From a virus (taxonomy: Duplodnaviria; Caudoviricetes), in the IMG/VR virus record IMGVR_UViG_3300020042_010505, positions 1-58,326 of that record: a DNA stretch of 58,326 nucleotides; one strand, given 5' to 3'. A program made the translations under genes and the position numbers. Shown one piece after another: positions 1 through 8,616 of this stretch. Each line of letters begins with the position of its first letter. Positions within the stretch are counted from its first letter, which is position 1. Under the pieces are notes generated by a model, which worked only from the letters and a program-made list of their open reading frames with translations, was not told the DNA's origin and ran no database searches.

Positions 1-1
1 T

Positions 2-136
2 CAATTAATTAAAACAATTAAGGATGATGTTGATGTTGAATTCTGTTCAATATCTAGATTTACTAAAGGTAAAATCGTAACCGAAACAATAGTAGATATG
101 GTGGAGCAAAGAGATGATGTGGTGAATCCAGGATGA
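2..136 (+). CDS. 3' end of a hypothetical protein (truncated by the window start)
   Basis: Open frame 2 (QLIKTIKDDVDVEFC...VVNPG) ending in TGA at 134-136. Confidence 0.55.
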   Translation, partial: QLIKTIKDDVDVEFCSISRFTKGKIVTETIVDMVEQRDDVVNPG

Positions 137-238
137 TATTAATGTGGGTAAAATGGGTAAAACGAATGGATGAGAACAATATTATAACGGTGAATCATCT
201 GAATAAAATAAAACAATATTGATAACGATGTTGGATAA

Positions 239-462
239 GATAATAGTGTAAGGTGGGGAAAACAATAATGAAATAATAATGTTATAATAATGTTGTACGT
301 GTGAGAATAATATGTTTATTAACGTGAATTAAGCGTTATTAACGCATTGAGAAATAGGGTCGTGGAATGCTACGATCCTAACTTTATGTTTATATAAACG
401 GTATAAAATGTGACCAACAATCCCTATATGGATATCAAAATATATTGATAATAGTGTAAGGT
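239..462 (+). repeat. 16-bp direct repeat GATAATAGTGTAAGGT (239-254 and 447-462) in a non-coding region
   Basis: Exact copies read directly from the sequence. Confidence 0.7.
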
Positions 463-607
463 AAGATGGTATGTGATAAACCCGGGGTGTAATGGGTAAT
501 ATGAGGTAATGAGTGGTGTAACCCCTTTCCCGCGCTCCCCCTAGTTTTTACCTATAGGTATAAAGTATATATGAACCGCGAATTGTTCACGTCTCTTCAT
601 GGAGATA

Positions 608-639
608 TTTGGTTCCCCGATATGGGGTTCGTATATTTG
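608..639 (+). promoter_or_regulatory. Early promoter, Bacteroidetes -33/-7 type, with stem-loop spacer
   Basis: TTTG-N20-TATATTTG matches the TTTG/TAnnTTTG consensus; spacer contains CCCC-gatat-GGGG; AAGGTT-ATG downstream. Confidence 0.85.
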
Positions 640-673
640 CGGGTAAGATAAGTTATTAATTAAAATAAAGGTT

Positions 674-1252
674 ATGAAAGCATTACAGAACATCCAAAGT
701 GAGGCCAAACAGATTGTTGAGCAACTTGCTCACCGTCAGATTGAGGGCATGAAACAAAAGTATCAACAGTTCCAGGAGTGGGTTGCTATTGATGGTAATC
801 CATTAATGAGTAGAAGTTATAATGGTGATCAAGTAAATGAGTATAACAGTGCTCATAAATATGTTTACATGACACAATATAAGAACTGGAATTCTGAGTT
901 AAAGCAATATGGATTGCCTGCTCATTATCCTACCGAATACAGTTTACAACGTGAAATGGATTATGATAAGGAATTGGTGTTTATGGTTTATGAATTAAGG
1001 TTACAGGTAAGTAGAAATTGGGAAGCGAGTTACCGTGAAGATTTTATTGCCCAAAACATGGTTAAATTAAATCGTGCATTAGCAAAACACCTTACCGATG
1101 AGATGACTGCCGAGGATATCAAGGTTAATATTGGTGGTGATGGAGCAGAGGTAACAGCCATTGTAGATAATAAATTATTTAAAACATTCGGCACATTATG
1201 TGGTGGGTTTGTTCAGTGTTTACATTACCGTTATAGAAGCTCTTTAAAATAA
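674..1252 (+). CDS. Hypothetical early phage protein
   Basis: 192-aa ORF behind a promoter and AAGGTT-ATG; C-terminal GGFVQCLHYRY motif. Confidence 0.85.
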   Translation: MKALQNIQSEAKQIVEQLAHRQIEGMKQKYQQFQEWVAIDGNPLMSRSYNGDQVNEYNSAHKYVYMTQYKNWNSELKQYGLPAHYPTEYSLQREMDYDKELVFMVYELRLQVSRNWEASYREDFIAQNMVKLNRALAKHLTDEMTAEDIKVNIGGDGAEVTAIVDNKLFKTFGTLCGGFVQCLHYRYRSSLK

Positions 1253-1263
1253 TTGCGAAAAGA

Positions 1264-1295
1264 TTAGGCTCCCCGATATGGGGTTCGTATATTTG
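1264..1295 (+). promoter_or_regulatory. Early promoter with stem-loop spacer
   Basis: TTAG-N20-TATATTTG; near-identical to 608-639. Confidence 0.85.
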
Positions 1296-1326
1296 CGGGT
1301 AAGATAATTAATTAAAAATAAAGGTT

Positions 1327-1905
1327 ATGATGGTCACAGAGAAAGTAAATCAAGTTGATAATAATTTAAACATTACCACAATGGAGCGATTCAAAAAAGA
1401 ATATTTCCGTGATAGTAATGTTATAGCAAGTCAACAAAGTAAATTAGCTGATAAGGAAAGCAACGATTGTGTTGTTCGTGCTTTCATGTGTGCCTTAGAT
1501 ATTACATACGATCAAGCCCATGCTTATATTAAGAAGGAAATGAAACGTGTTGATCGTAAAGGTACATATACATCTGCATATGCTAAGAACGTTGTTAACA
1601 CAGTTAAGAATAATAAAAAGATCCATTTCATCGGAACGCATCCAAGTAAAGCATATATTAATAACATGGTTTGTGGTAATGCCAAAAAGAAAATGTTAAC
1701 AAATAACAAATATTATAAACCAACCGGATTTACATTAAAATCATTTATTGAATGTAATCCAATTGGTAGATTTGTTTTGATTGTACAAGGACATGCTGTT
1801 GCTGTAGTGAATGGAGTATTATTTGGTAATGCTACTGAGCAGTATTACGGATTATATCGTTCAGTATGGTATGGTTTTGAAATGAGAGAAAAAACAATTG
1901 CATAA
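1327..1905 (+). CDS. Hypothetical protein, possible Cys-His peptidase-like fold
   Basis: NDCVVRA and GHAVAVVNG motifs suggest a papain/C39-like catalytic pair (inference). Confidence 0.7.
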   Translation: MMVTEKVNQVDNNLNITTMERFKKEYFRDSNVIASQQSKLADKESNDCVVRAFMCALDITYDQAHAYIKKEMKRVDRKGTYTSAYAKNVVNTVKNNKKIHFIGTHPSKAYINNMVCGNAKKKMLTNNKYYKPTGFTLKSFIECNPIGRFVLIVQGHAVAVVNGVLFGNATEQYYGLYRSVWYGFEMREKTIA

Positions 1906-1908
1906 ATA

Positions 1909-1940
1909 TTAGGTTCCCCGGAATGGGGTTCGTATATTTA
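1909..1940 (+). promoter_or_regulatory. Early promoter with stem-loop spacer
   Basis: TTAG-N20-TATATTTA; CCCC-ggaat-GGGG in the spacer. Confidence 0.85.
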
Positions 1941-1974
1941 CCGGGTAAGATAATTAATTAAATAAATAAAGGTT

Positions 1975-2274
1975 ATGACAAATTTAAGCATGAATGAATT
2001 GATTGAGGAGTATGCATATGCACGAGATAAGTATTACGATGCTCATTCATCAAATGGTAATGAAGATTATTGGAAAGGCGTAATGCACACATTCCAAAAG
2101 ATGCTCAACATTATGTACGGTGGTGGAGTTAATTTATCAGGGTGGACAATGCAAGGTACAAGAGGTTATTTTGTGTTTTATGAAGGAATGAAATACGATG
2201 ATGCTTGTGAGAAGGAATTTGAATGGGACAATTCAGTGCTTAGTATGTCGGATCGATTATATAACAATAATTAA
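1975..2274 (+). CDS. Hypothetical protein
   Basis: 99-aa ORF with promoter and AAGGTT-ATG. Confidence 0.8.
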   Translation: MTNLSMNELIEEYAYARDKYYDAHSSNGNEDYWKGVMHTFQKMLNIMYGGGVNLSGWTMQGTRGYFVFYEGMKYDDACEKEFEWDNSVLSMSDRLYNNN

Positions 2275-2286
2275 TAAATAAAGGTT

Positions 2287-2358
2287 ATGGTAGGTGATAT
2301 AGTATATTTAAGTTTATTACTCAATCTAGTATTAATATTAAAATTAATAAGCAAATGA
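2287..2358 (+). CDS. Small hydrophobic peptide (23 aa)
   Basis: AAGGTT-ATG start; MVGDIVYLSLLLNLVLILKLISK; ATGA overlap with the next ORF. Confidence 0.55.
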   Translation: MVGDIVYLSLLLNLVLILKLISK

Positions 2359-2501
2359 TAAGTATAGGAGTTGGTATTTGTTTAATAATGTTTTTACTGG
2401 GATTATTTTATATAATAAGAACAATAGGAATTATATTAGGCGTTATGGCCTTAACAGTAATAAGTATTTTATGGGACACAATTAAAAATATATTAACATG
2501 A
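2355..2501 (+). CDS. Small membrane protein (48 aa, about 2 TM)
   Basis: MISIGVGICLIMFLLGLFYIIRTIGIILGVMALTVISILWDTIKNILT; ATGA-coupled at both ends. Confidence 0.6.
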   Translation: MISIGVGICLIMFLLGLFYIIRTIGIILGVMALTVISILWDTIKNILT

Positions 2502-2743
2502 ACGAGACATTAAATAACACAACAACAGAGGACACATCAATGCACCGCATCGCTGTAAAGTATGCATTGCAAATCGGAACACTATTAGGAACCATTGGTG
2601 CGATGGTGAAATATGATAATCCAGGAATAGATAATATAGCATTTATGTCGTTAGCATCAACATACATGGAGATAGCAACGGATGAGACTGAGATTGATGC
2701 TGTGAAAAAACAAGCATTAAAACGCGGGGTGAATATATCATAA
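2498..2743 (+). CDS. Hypothetical protein
   Basis: 81-aa ORF translationally coupled to the upstream small ORF. Confidence 0.7.
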   Translation: MNETLNNTTTEDTSMHRIAVKYALQIGTLLGTIGAMVKYDNPGIDNIAFMSLASTYMEIATDETEIDAVKKQALKRGVNIS

Positions 2744-2750
2744 CCTTATA

Positions 2751-2998
2751 GCACCCACTGATCTATGGATCCCGGGTGCGATTTATCTTACACCATGATA
2801 TTACCCCGTAGTATAAGTGGGCCGGTACCGGATGGGTATACGGCCCACCTACTACCGGAGTACGATAGGGAGATGGTTCGTACTGCCGGCGTACCATAGT
2901 GTGGCGGCCCGCATATATACCACATATATAATGCCTATATAATGCATAAGATACCACGCGCGCAGTTGTCCATATAGCGTTGGGTACGTGTAAACTGG
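2751..2998. ncRNA. Candidate structured RNA or structured DNA element
   Basis: GC-rich non-coding island with stems: GCACCC 2751/GGGTGC 2774; GTGGGCCG 2817/CGGCCCAC 2841; AGTACGA 2859/TCGTACT 2878; enclosing TATCTTA 2784/TAAGATA 2947. Confidence 0.45.
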
Positions 2999-3220
2999 GA
3001 ATTAGATTAATAACTATATCGTAAACAACTATAACCCCGTCGATAGTATATCCTTATATCCTAAACATAATGTCCTAAAGATCCAAATAATTCCACTATG
3101 GCTTCCATATAGGCAATTTTTTTAAAAATCCATAAATCCGCACCTCTAAAGTACTTAAAAATTTTGCCCATCGATAAGGGATATACATATATAAATTAAA
3201 TGAAGACGTCATATGAAAAA

Positions 3221-3252
3221 TTTGGAGGTGCCATACCCTGTTTGTATATTTA
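3221..3252 (+). promoter_or_regulatory. Early promoter
   Basis: TTTG-N20-TATATTTA followed by the conserved GGTAAGATAATTAAT. Confidence 0.8.
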
Positions 3253-3278
3253 CCAGGTAAGATAATTAATAAAAAGAT

Positions 3279-3533
3279 ATGATAAAAAAAGTAAAAGTTA
3301 TGAAAATTATAAACAAGGTTACTGGTACTACCAACAATTACAAGCTAACACAGGAACAACTTGATAACGCCCTTGCCTATATGGTATCTGAAGGGTACAT
3401 GGATCCCTCTAATAACACTGATGATCTCCTTAGCTTTACTTTTATCAAGTTGGGGAAACGTTTCCCCATACCCTTTATGGTTACTGCTAAAATCAAGGAA
3501 TGGTCTAACGCATACGTACAATCTAAACTATAA
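3279..3533 (+). CDS. Hypothetical protein (start may be 3300)
   Basis: ORF after promoter; AAGTT-ATG at 3300. Confidence 0.75.
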   Translation: MIKKVKVMKIINKVTGTTNNYKLTQEQLDNALAYMVSEGYMDPSNNTDDLLSFTFIKLGKRFPIPFMVTAKIKEWSNAYVQSKL

Positions 3534-3635
3534 CTTAGATGACGGTAACATCTCAGTTATGGGAGATGATATGGTGTTAATGTTCTACTATTTTAAAGAT
3601 GGTGTGATGGTAGGATCCAAACGCAATACCCCCCC

Positions 3636-3661
3636 GTGGTAAGACCATGGTTGTATATTTA
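3636..3661 (+). promoter_or_regulatory. Partial early promoter (-7 element only)
   Basis: TTGTATATTTACCAGGTAAGATAATTAATAAAAA is identical to the copy at 3242; no TTTG at -33. Confidence 0.6.
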
Positions 3662-3690
3662 CCAGGTAAGATAATTAATAAAAAAATATT

Positions 3691-3924
3691 ATGAAAACAG
3701 CAGTAGAATGGTTGGCAGAACAAATAGAATGTTTTGGGAATAAGCATGAGTTACAAATGTCTTGGGCTACATTAGATGAATTAATTGAACAAGCCAAAGA
3801 AATGGAAAAGGAGCAGATAATTGCTGCTTATTGGGCATCCTATAAAGAAGGTCAGTATAGCGGAGATAAAACAGCAGATGAATATTACAATGAAACCTTT
3901 AAACAAGAAATAGAAAAGCTATGA
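3691..3924 (+). CDS. Hypothetical protein (TAVEWL...QAKEMEKEQI type)
   Basis: 77-aa ORF; motif type recalled from Bacteroidota phages. Confidence 0.8.
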   Translation: MKTAVEWLAEQIECFGNKHELQMSWATLDELIEQAKEMEKEQIIAAYWASYKEGQYSGDKTADEYYNETFKQEIEKL

Positions 3925-4334
3925 GCACACAATCAAGAATAGGAATTGAAAACCAAGACGGAACAACTACCTCAATTTATTGTCATTTTGATGGTGAAAT
4001 AGATGGTGTAGGAGAGGTATTACAGAAACACTACACTAATCGCTCAAAAGTAGAACAACTAATAGCATTAGGAAGTATTTCATATCTAGAAAAAAATGTA
4101 AATCCAACAGGTGAACATAGTTTTAACCAACCTCAAGAGGATGTTGTAGTTGCATACCACCGTGATAGAGGTGAGCCGTTTGATCAACAAACAAATCAAG
4201 ATGTTCCTAATTTATTTAATTGTGTATATCAATCATCCGAAGAATTTATATATTGCTTTACTAAAGATAATATTTGGTTAGTTTCGGATGGTGGACCAAG
4301 TTATAAGTTAGCTAATTTAGTACACAGAAACTAA
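3921..4334 (+). CDS. Conserved hypothetical phage protein (IYCHFDG motif)
   Basis: MSTQSRIG...SIYCHFDG...VGEVLQKHY...VAYHRDRGE. Confidence 0.85.
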   Translation: MSTQSRIGIENQDGTTTSIYCHFDGEIDGVGEVLQKHYTNRSKVEQLIALGSISYLEKNVNPTGEHSFNQPQEDVVVAYHRDRGEPFDQQTNQDVPNLFNCVYQSSEEFIYCFTKDNIWLVSDGGPSYKLANLVHRN

Positions 4335-4344
4335 TAAATAAAAT

Positions 4345-4518
4345 ATGTTTAAAGAAGGAGATAAAGTAAATTGTATTCTATATTCGGGAGAATGGACATT
4401 AGTTTGGTATAAAGAAGGCGATCAAACGTGTGCTATTCAAAATCAAACCCGACGATATATTGTTAAAGTTGCTTCTTTAAGTTTAGTTGAAAGTAAGTTG
4501 AAAGTAAGTGCAAAATAA
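4345..4518 (+). CDS. Small SH3/KOW-like protein (57 aa, absent from the ORF track)
   Basis: MFKEGDKVNCILYSGEWTLVWY...; fills the gap before the next promoter. Confidence 0.65.
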   Translation: MFKEGDKVNCILYSGEWTLVWYKEGDQTCAIQNQTRRYIVKVASLSLVESKLKVSAK

Positions 4519-4550
4519 TTAGGCTTCCCGGGATGGGGTTCGTATATTAA
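4519..4550 (+). promoter_or_regulatory. Early promoter with stem-loop spacer
   Basis: TTAG-N20-TATATTAA; CCC-gggat-GGG in the spacer. Confidence 0.8.
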
Positions 4551-4597
4551 CGACATAAGATAAATAAATAATTAATTAAACACTAAAAATTAAGGTT

Positions 4598-5401
4598 ATG
4601 TTAGATTTAAACAATCAAGAGTTCAAAACAAAAGACGAAGTTCGTCAATTAGCAAGTTCAATTTTCACTAAACAAGGTTCACCAACCACTAGTGATAAGT
4701 ATTCACACATTTCAACCGAAAAAATCATAGATGATATGGAATTATTAGGTTGGGGAGTAGTTGATGCAAAACAAGTACGTGCTCGTAAAAGCGACACAAT
4801 TGGTTATCAAAAACACTTAGTTGTTTTCCGCAACAATGATATCCAGATTACCGCCGAGGATGGAGATAATGTTTTTCCTCAAATTTTATTAACAAATTCC
4901 CACGATGGTAAGAATGCATTTACTTTCACCGCAGGTTTATTCCGAATGGTTTGTGAAAATGGATTAGTTGTTTCAAGTAAAGAATTTGAAAATATGAAAA
5001 TTCGTCATTATGGTTATTCATTTGAGGAATTACAAGAAACTATTAAATCAATGGTTGAAAAATTACCATTAACAATCGAGTCACTTAATAAGTTCCGTAC
5101 AGTAGAGCTGAGCCAAGAGCAAGCAATTGATTTTGCAAAGAAAGCCTTAGAAGTTCGCCTCGGAGATTTAGATAATATCCAGATTGATTTCCAAGAATTA
5201 CTTACTCCAACACGTTCTCAAGACCGTGGAAACGATTTATGGAGTGTATATAACGTAGTTCAGGAAAAACTGATCCACGGTATGTTCAATTATAAGTACG
5301 GTGTTAAGTCTCGTAAAGCCCGTAAAATCAAGAACTTTAAACAAGACTTAGTTATTAACGAGAGATTATATGATTTAGCCCTTGAATACGTTACTGTATA
5401 A
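4598..5401 (+). CDS. DUF932/DUF945-family protein
   Basis: ILLTNSHDGKNAF, GLFRMVCENGL and LWSVYNVVQE motifs. Confidence 0.85.
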   Translation: MLDLNNQEFKTKDEVRQLASSIFTKQGSPTTSDKYSHISTEKIIDDMELLGWGVVDAKQVRARKSDTIGYQKHLVVFRNNDIQITAEDGDNVFPQILLTNSHDGKNAFTFTAGLFRMVCENGLVVSSKEFENMKIRHYGYSFEELQETIKSMVEKLPLTIESLNKFRTVELSQEQAIDFAKKALEVRLGDLDNIQIDFQELLTPTRSQDRGNDLWSVYNVVQEKLIHGMFNYKYGVKSRKARKIKNFKQDLVINERLYDLALEYVTV

Positions 5402-5430
5402 AGGGAATAACATTTAGCTTAACAAATCAT

Positions 5431-5466
5431 TTGATGTGCTTTCTATATGGAGGCACATCAATTTTT
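5431..5466 (+). terminator. Intrinsic terminator
   Basis: TTGATGTGC...GCACATCAA hairpin followed by TTTTT after the stop codon. Confidence 0.75.
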
Positions 5467-5585
5467 CCCTCGTTTTATCATCATTTTAACTGCGGATCGT
5501 ATATACGGATAGATGTATGGAGAATGGTTAAGAAAGGTTTGCGCTATATATTCTTAAAAGTCTATTAAAAACTTATGCAATAAAA

Positions 5586-5617
5586 TTTGGATTCCTGAGA
5601 TGGGGTTCGTATATTCA
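5586..5617 (+). promoter_or_regulatory. Early promoter
   Basis: TTTG-N20-TATATTCA with the ATGGGGTTCG spacer half. Confidence 0.75.
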
Positions 5618-5652
5618 CCGAGTAATATTAATAAATAAAGGTTATAAAGAAA

Positions 5653-5883
5653 ATGTTAAACACAAAAGAAGAAATTGTTGCTGTATTAGTTAAAGAATGG
5701 GGATTTCGTTCATCTCAATTTTATAATAATGAAACTAATAAGCAAGTAGAAAAAATTTGGACATTAAATAGATGTGCAAGATATTTAGGCGACTTAAAAA
5801 AGAATTATGTTATGACAGAAACAGGAATGTGGAGGAAAACAAACCCTCATGTTTTAAAAAATACTGTGAAAAATAATTGCTAA
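5653..5883 (+). CDS. Hypothetical protein
   Basis: 76-aa ORF; an in-frame ATA at 5644 sits in the AAGGTT start context. Confidence 0.75.
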   Translation: MLNTKEEIVAVLVKEWGFRSSQFYNNETNKQVEKIWTLNRCARYLGDLKKNYVMTETGMWRKTNPHVLKNTVKNNC

Positions 5884-5887
5884 AAAA

Positions 5888-5919
5888 TTAGGATTCCTAA
5901 CATCCAATTCGTATATTTA
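5888..5919 (+). promoter_or_regulatory. Early promoter
   Basis: TTAG-N20-TATATTTA. Confidence 0.8.
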
Positions 5920-5956
5920 CAAGGTAAGATTATTAATAAATAAATAAATAGAGGTT

Positions 5957-6754
5957 ATGAAAAATTTAAATGTTGTAAAAAGAGGTCGTCCCTCAAAACA
6001 AAAATTAGTAGTAGAGTTTGATTCTACTAAAATTAAACTTTTTAGAGGTAGTGAATTATCATTTAGTGATGAATTATTTAAACCAATGGCTACCGGTACA
6101 GAGCTTGATGTTATATTTTCAACTGAAGGAGGTTTAATGCCTGGTACTAATATGATGTTAGCAGGAGGCCCCGGTTCAGGTAAATCAACTATTGTATTAG
6201 ATGTATTATCTAGATTAACTAAACAAGGTTTAAGAGTTTTATTTGTAAGTGGAGAAATGGATGAAATTGCTCATTACAAATATTGTAAACGATTACCTGA
6301 ATTTAGTTGTGTTAAAACTTTATTTTTAAAAAATTACTCTGAAAATGTTGCTGAAACATTAGAGTATGTTTTTGATGAAGGTTATGATGTAATTGCAATC
6401 GATTCAATTGCTGAAGTACTTGAAATGTATAAAGATGCTTATCGTACAACTGAAAGTAATGCTGAGTTTTGGTTTTTAAACTTGCAAGATAAACATAAAA
6501 AAGGAGGTAATCCTAAAAAATATTATACTACCTTTGTTAATATTCAACAAATGACTAAATCAGGAGATTTTGTTGGTTCAAATCGTTTAAAACATATGGT
6601 TGATTCTTATTGTAATGTTGAAAGATCAAAAGATGGTTTAGAGCGTTCATTGTTTTTTAGTAAAAACAGAGATTGCGATAAGGATTTTAAAGTATTCTTT
6701 TCAATATTCAACGGAGGCGTACATTATGCTTACGAATTAGAAAAAGCAGATTAA
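5957..6754 (+). CDS. RadA/Sms-like RecA-family ATPase (core only)
   Basis: TGTELDVIFSTEGGLMPG, Walker A GGPGSGKST, LFVSGEM, Walker B IAIDS, GSNRLKHMVD, KNR; no Zn finger and no Lon-like domain. Confidence 0.85.
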   Translation: MKNLNVVKRGRPSKQKLVVEFDSTKIKLFRGSELSFSDELFKPMATGTELDVIFSTEGGLMPGTNMMLAGGPGSGKSTIVLDVLSRLTKQGLRVLFVSGEMDEIAHYKYCKRLPEFSCVKTLFLKNYSENVAETLEYVFDEGYDVIAIDSIAEVLEMYKDAYRTTESNAEFWFLNLQDKHKKGGNPKKYYTTFVNIQQMTKSGDFVGSNRLKHMVDSYCNVERSKDGLERSLFFSKNRDCDKDFKVFFSIFNGGVHYAYELEKAD

Positions 6755-6780
6755 TTAATAATCAATTAAATCTATAATAT

Positions 6781-7314
6781 ATGAGTCTATTATTAGAACA
6801 AATGAATCAAAAAATCTCAAATGATTTAGAAGTTCCAAAATTAAAAATTACTTACAAAGTATCAGATAAAGCCAAATCCAAGTTTGGACATTGTCGTTAC
6901 ATAGAACCAGGTCATTATTTAATAAATTTATCTTCTTTTATATTAGATACTGAGTTAGAGAAAGATACTATATGTCATGAACTTTGTCATGCTTATGATC
7001 ATCATTATTTTAAATCATTACCACAGAATAATGATCCTGCTCCTCATGGAATTGCTTGGAAAATGTTAATGAAAGAAGTTTTTGGTTATGCTGATGTAAA
7101 AGCTCAAGGTATCCATCAATCAAATCCTAAATCAAATGAATTAATAAAAGTAGGGGATGGAATGTTTGATCTTTATATTGAAGGTAATAAAAAAGCTATA
7201 TTTAAAATCTCAGACAATATGGTTAATATAAGGACTCCTCAAAATAAATTTTTTAATAATATTTTAGAGGAAGAAAAATATATGACTATGTTTATTAATC
7301 TTTATCAAAAATAA
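6781..7314 (+). CDS. SprT-like zinc metallopeptidase
   Basis: TICHELCH (HExxH) and PHGIAWKMLM. Confidence 0.85.
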   Translation: MSLLLEQMNQKISNDLEVPKLKITYKVSDKAKSKFGHCRYIEPGHYLINLSSFILDTELEKDTICHELCHAYDHHYFKSLPQNNDPAPHGIAWKMLMKEVFGYADVKAQGIHQSNPKSNELIKVGDGMFDLYIEGNKKAIFKISDNMVNIRTPQNKFFNNILEEEKYMTMFINLYQK

Positions 7315-7318
7315 TATT

Positions 7319-7543
7319 ATGACACAAAGTGATTTAGTTGATGTAATGCAAGAACGTTTAGAATGGTGTGTTGAAACAGAACGTTATGAGATGGCTGCTA
7401 AATTAAGAGATTTAATTAAGTATGAAACAATTGAAGATGAAAAATATAAACACCAATACCATTTAAAGTTACTTAAAAAGTATGCTCCAGAGACTCCAGA
7501 ATTTTACGAACGAATAAAAGAAAGATATAATATTAAAGATTAA
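7319..7543 (+). CDS. UvrB/UvrC (UVR) motif protein
   Basis: ERYEMAAKLRDLIK. Confidence 0.75.
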   Translation: MTQSDLVDVMQERLEWCVETERYEMAAKLRDLIKYETIEDEKYKHQYHLKLLKKYAPETPEFYERIKERYNIKD

Positions 7544-7579
7544 AATAATTAACGTAATTTAAATTTCTCCACAAAAAAA

Positions 7580-7611
7580 TTAGGTTCCCCGAAATAGGAT
7601 TTGTATATTTA
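7580..7611 (+). promoter_or_regulatory. Early promoter
   Basis: TTAG-N20-TATATTTA; GGTTCCCCG spacer half. Confidence 0.8.
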
Positions 7612-7649
7612 CAAGATAAGATTATTAATTAATATTAAAAATAAAGGTT

Positions 7650-7769
7650 ATGAGCTGTTCAGGAGGAAAATCAACAAAAAAAGGTAGCTATAATAAAGCT
7701 AACAATTTAAAGCAACCCGTATCGTATACAATCGATAAAAACGGAAATGTTAAACCAATTTATAAATAA
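7650..7769 (+). CDS. Small basic protein (39 aa, absent from the ORF track)
   Basis: AAGGTT-ATG after a promoter; MSCSGGKSTKKGSYNK...VKPIYK. Confidence 0.65.
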   Translation: MSCSGGKSTKKGSYNKANNLKQPVSYTIDKNGNVKPIYK

Positions 7770-7785
7770 ACTAAAAATAAAAACT

Positions 7786-8547
7786 ATGAACAAAAAATTC
7801 ATTCCAGTAAACAATGATTTAACCAAAGCTGTAGCTTTTGCTAATACGCTTGATCCTAATTACATTAAAAATACTCAACGCATTAAACAAAAAGAGTTTT
7901 ATATTCCTACTATTGATGTATTACAAAAACTACAAAAAGAAGGATGGATGATTAACGGTGTTGATGAGCAACGTAATAAAAAAAGTCGTAAAATTACAAA
8001 CAACTACGTTCAAATGATGCATCCTGATTTTGCTGTTAAAAATGATAAAGGAAATGATGAAGCTTACTCATCACTTACAATCTCAAATAGTTGTTCAGGA
8101 GATCAACCACTTTCAATGGGTTTAGGAGCTTATCGAATGGTTTGTTCTAATGGACATATCAGATTTGATGAAAATGCTGAGCATGAAAAAATCAAACATA
8201 CAGAAATCAATTATAAGGATTTAGATCGTTTTGTAGTTAATATGAATACTAAAGCTCAAAAGCTTATTACTGAGCTTAATGAATGGAAAAAACAAGATAT
8301 GACTCTAGAACAAATGCGAACTCTCGCATATAACGCAGCTAAATTACGTTTCAGCGAAGATGATGTAAATTTTAAACCAATCGATTTACTGCGCGTAAAT
8401 CGCGTAGAAGACGAAGGTAACGACGTGTGGACTGTATTTAATCGTATTCAAGAAAACTTAACACACGATGTTAAAGATAAGCAAACTGATATTTGGTTAA
8501 ACCAACAGTTATTTGATCTTGCAGGTAGAGAGTTAACAACAGCATAA
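7786..8547 (+). CDS. DUF932/DUF945-family protein (second paralogue)
   Basis: ISNSCSG, GAYRMVCSNG and VWTVFNRIQE motifs; start moved to ATG 7786 to avoid overlapping the 39-aa gene. Confidence 0.8.
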   Translation: MNKKFIPVNNDLTKAVAFANTLDPNYIKNTQRIKQKEFYIPTIDVLQKLQKEGWMINGVDEQRNKKSRKITNNYVQMMHPDFAVKNDKGNDEAYSSLTISNSCSGDQPLSMGLGAYRMVCSNGHIRFDENAEHEKIKHTEINYKDLDRFVVNMNTKAQKLITELNEWKKQDMTLEQMRTLAYNAAKLRFSEDDVNFKPIDLLRVNRVEDEGNDVWTVFNRIQENLTHDVKDKQTDIWLNQQLFDLAGRELTTA

Positions 8548-8564
8548 AAACGTCATATTAAAGA

Positions 8565-8596
8565 TTTGGAAGGGCAATAGCCCTTTCGTATCTTTA
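8565..8596 (+). promoter_or_regulatory. Early promoter with stem-loop spacer
   Basis: TTTG-N20-TATCTTTA; AAGGGC-aata-GCCCTT hairpin in the spacer. Confidence 0.8.
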
Positions 8597-8616
8597 CCAT
8601 ATAAGGAATTAAGGTT

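Noticed and set aside
2756-2770. Hammerhead ribozyme or tRNA in the structured island
   Set aside because: CTGATC does not match CUGAnGA, there is no properly placed GAAA, and no tRNA cloverleaf is evident.
2763-2957. 64-aa minus-strand ORF over the GC-rich island
   Set aside because: Atypical composition, opposite to all other genes; the nested stems explain the region better.
3361-3642. 93-aa alternative-frame ORF
   Set aside because: Mostly overlaps 3279-3533 and has a TTG start without the usual context. Its 3' part could be a gene remnant, but this is unsupported.
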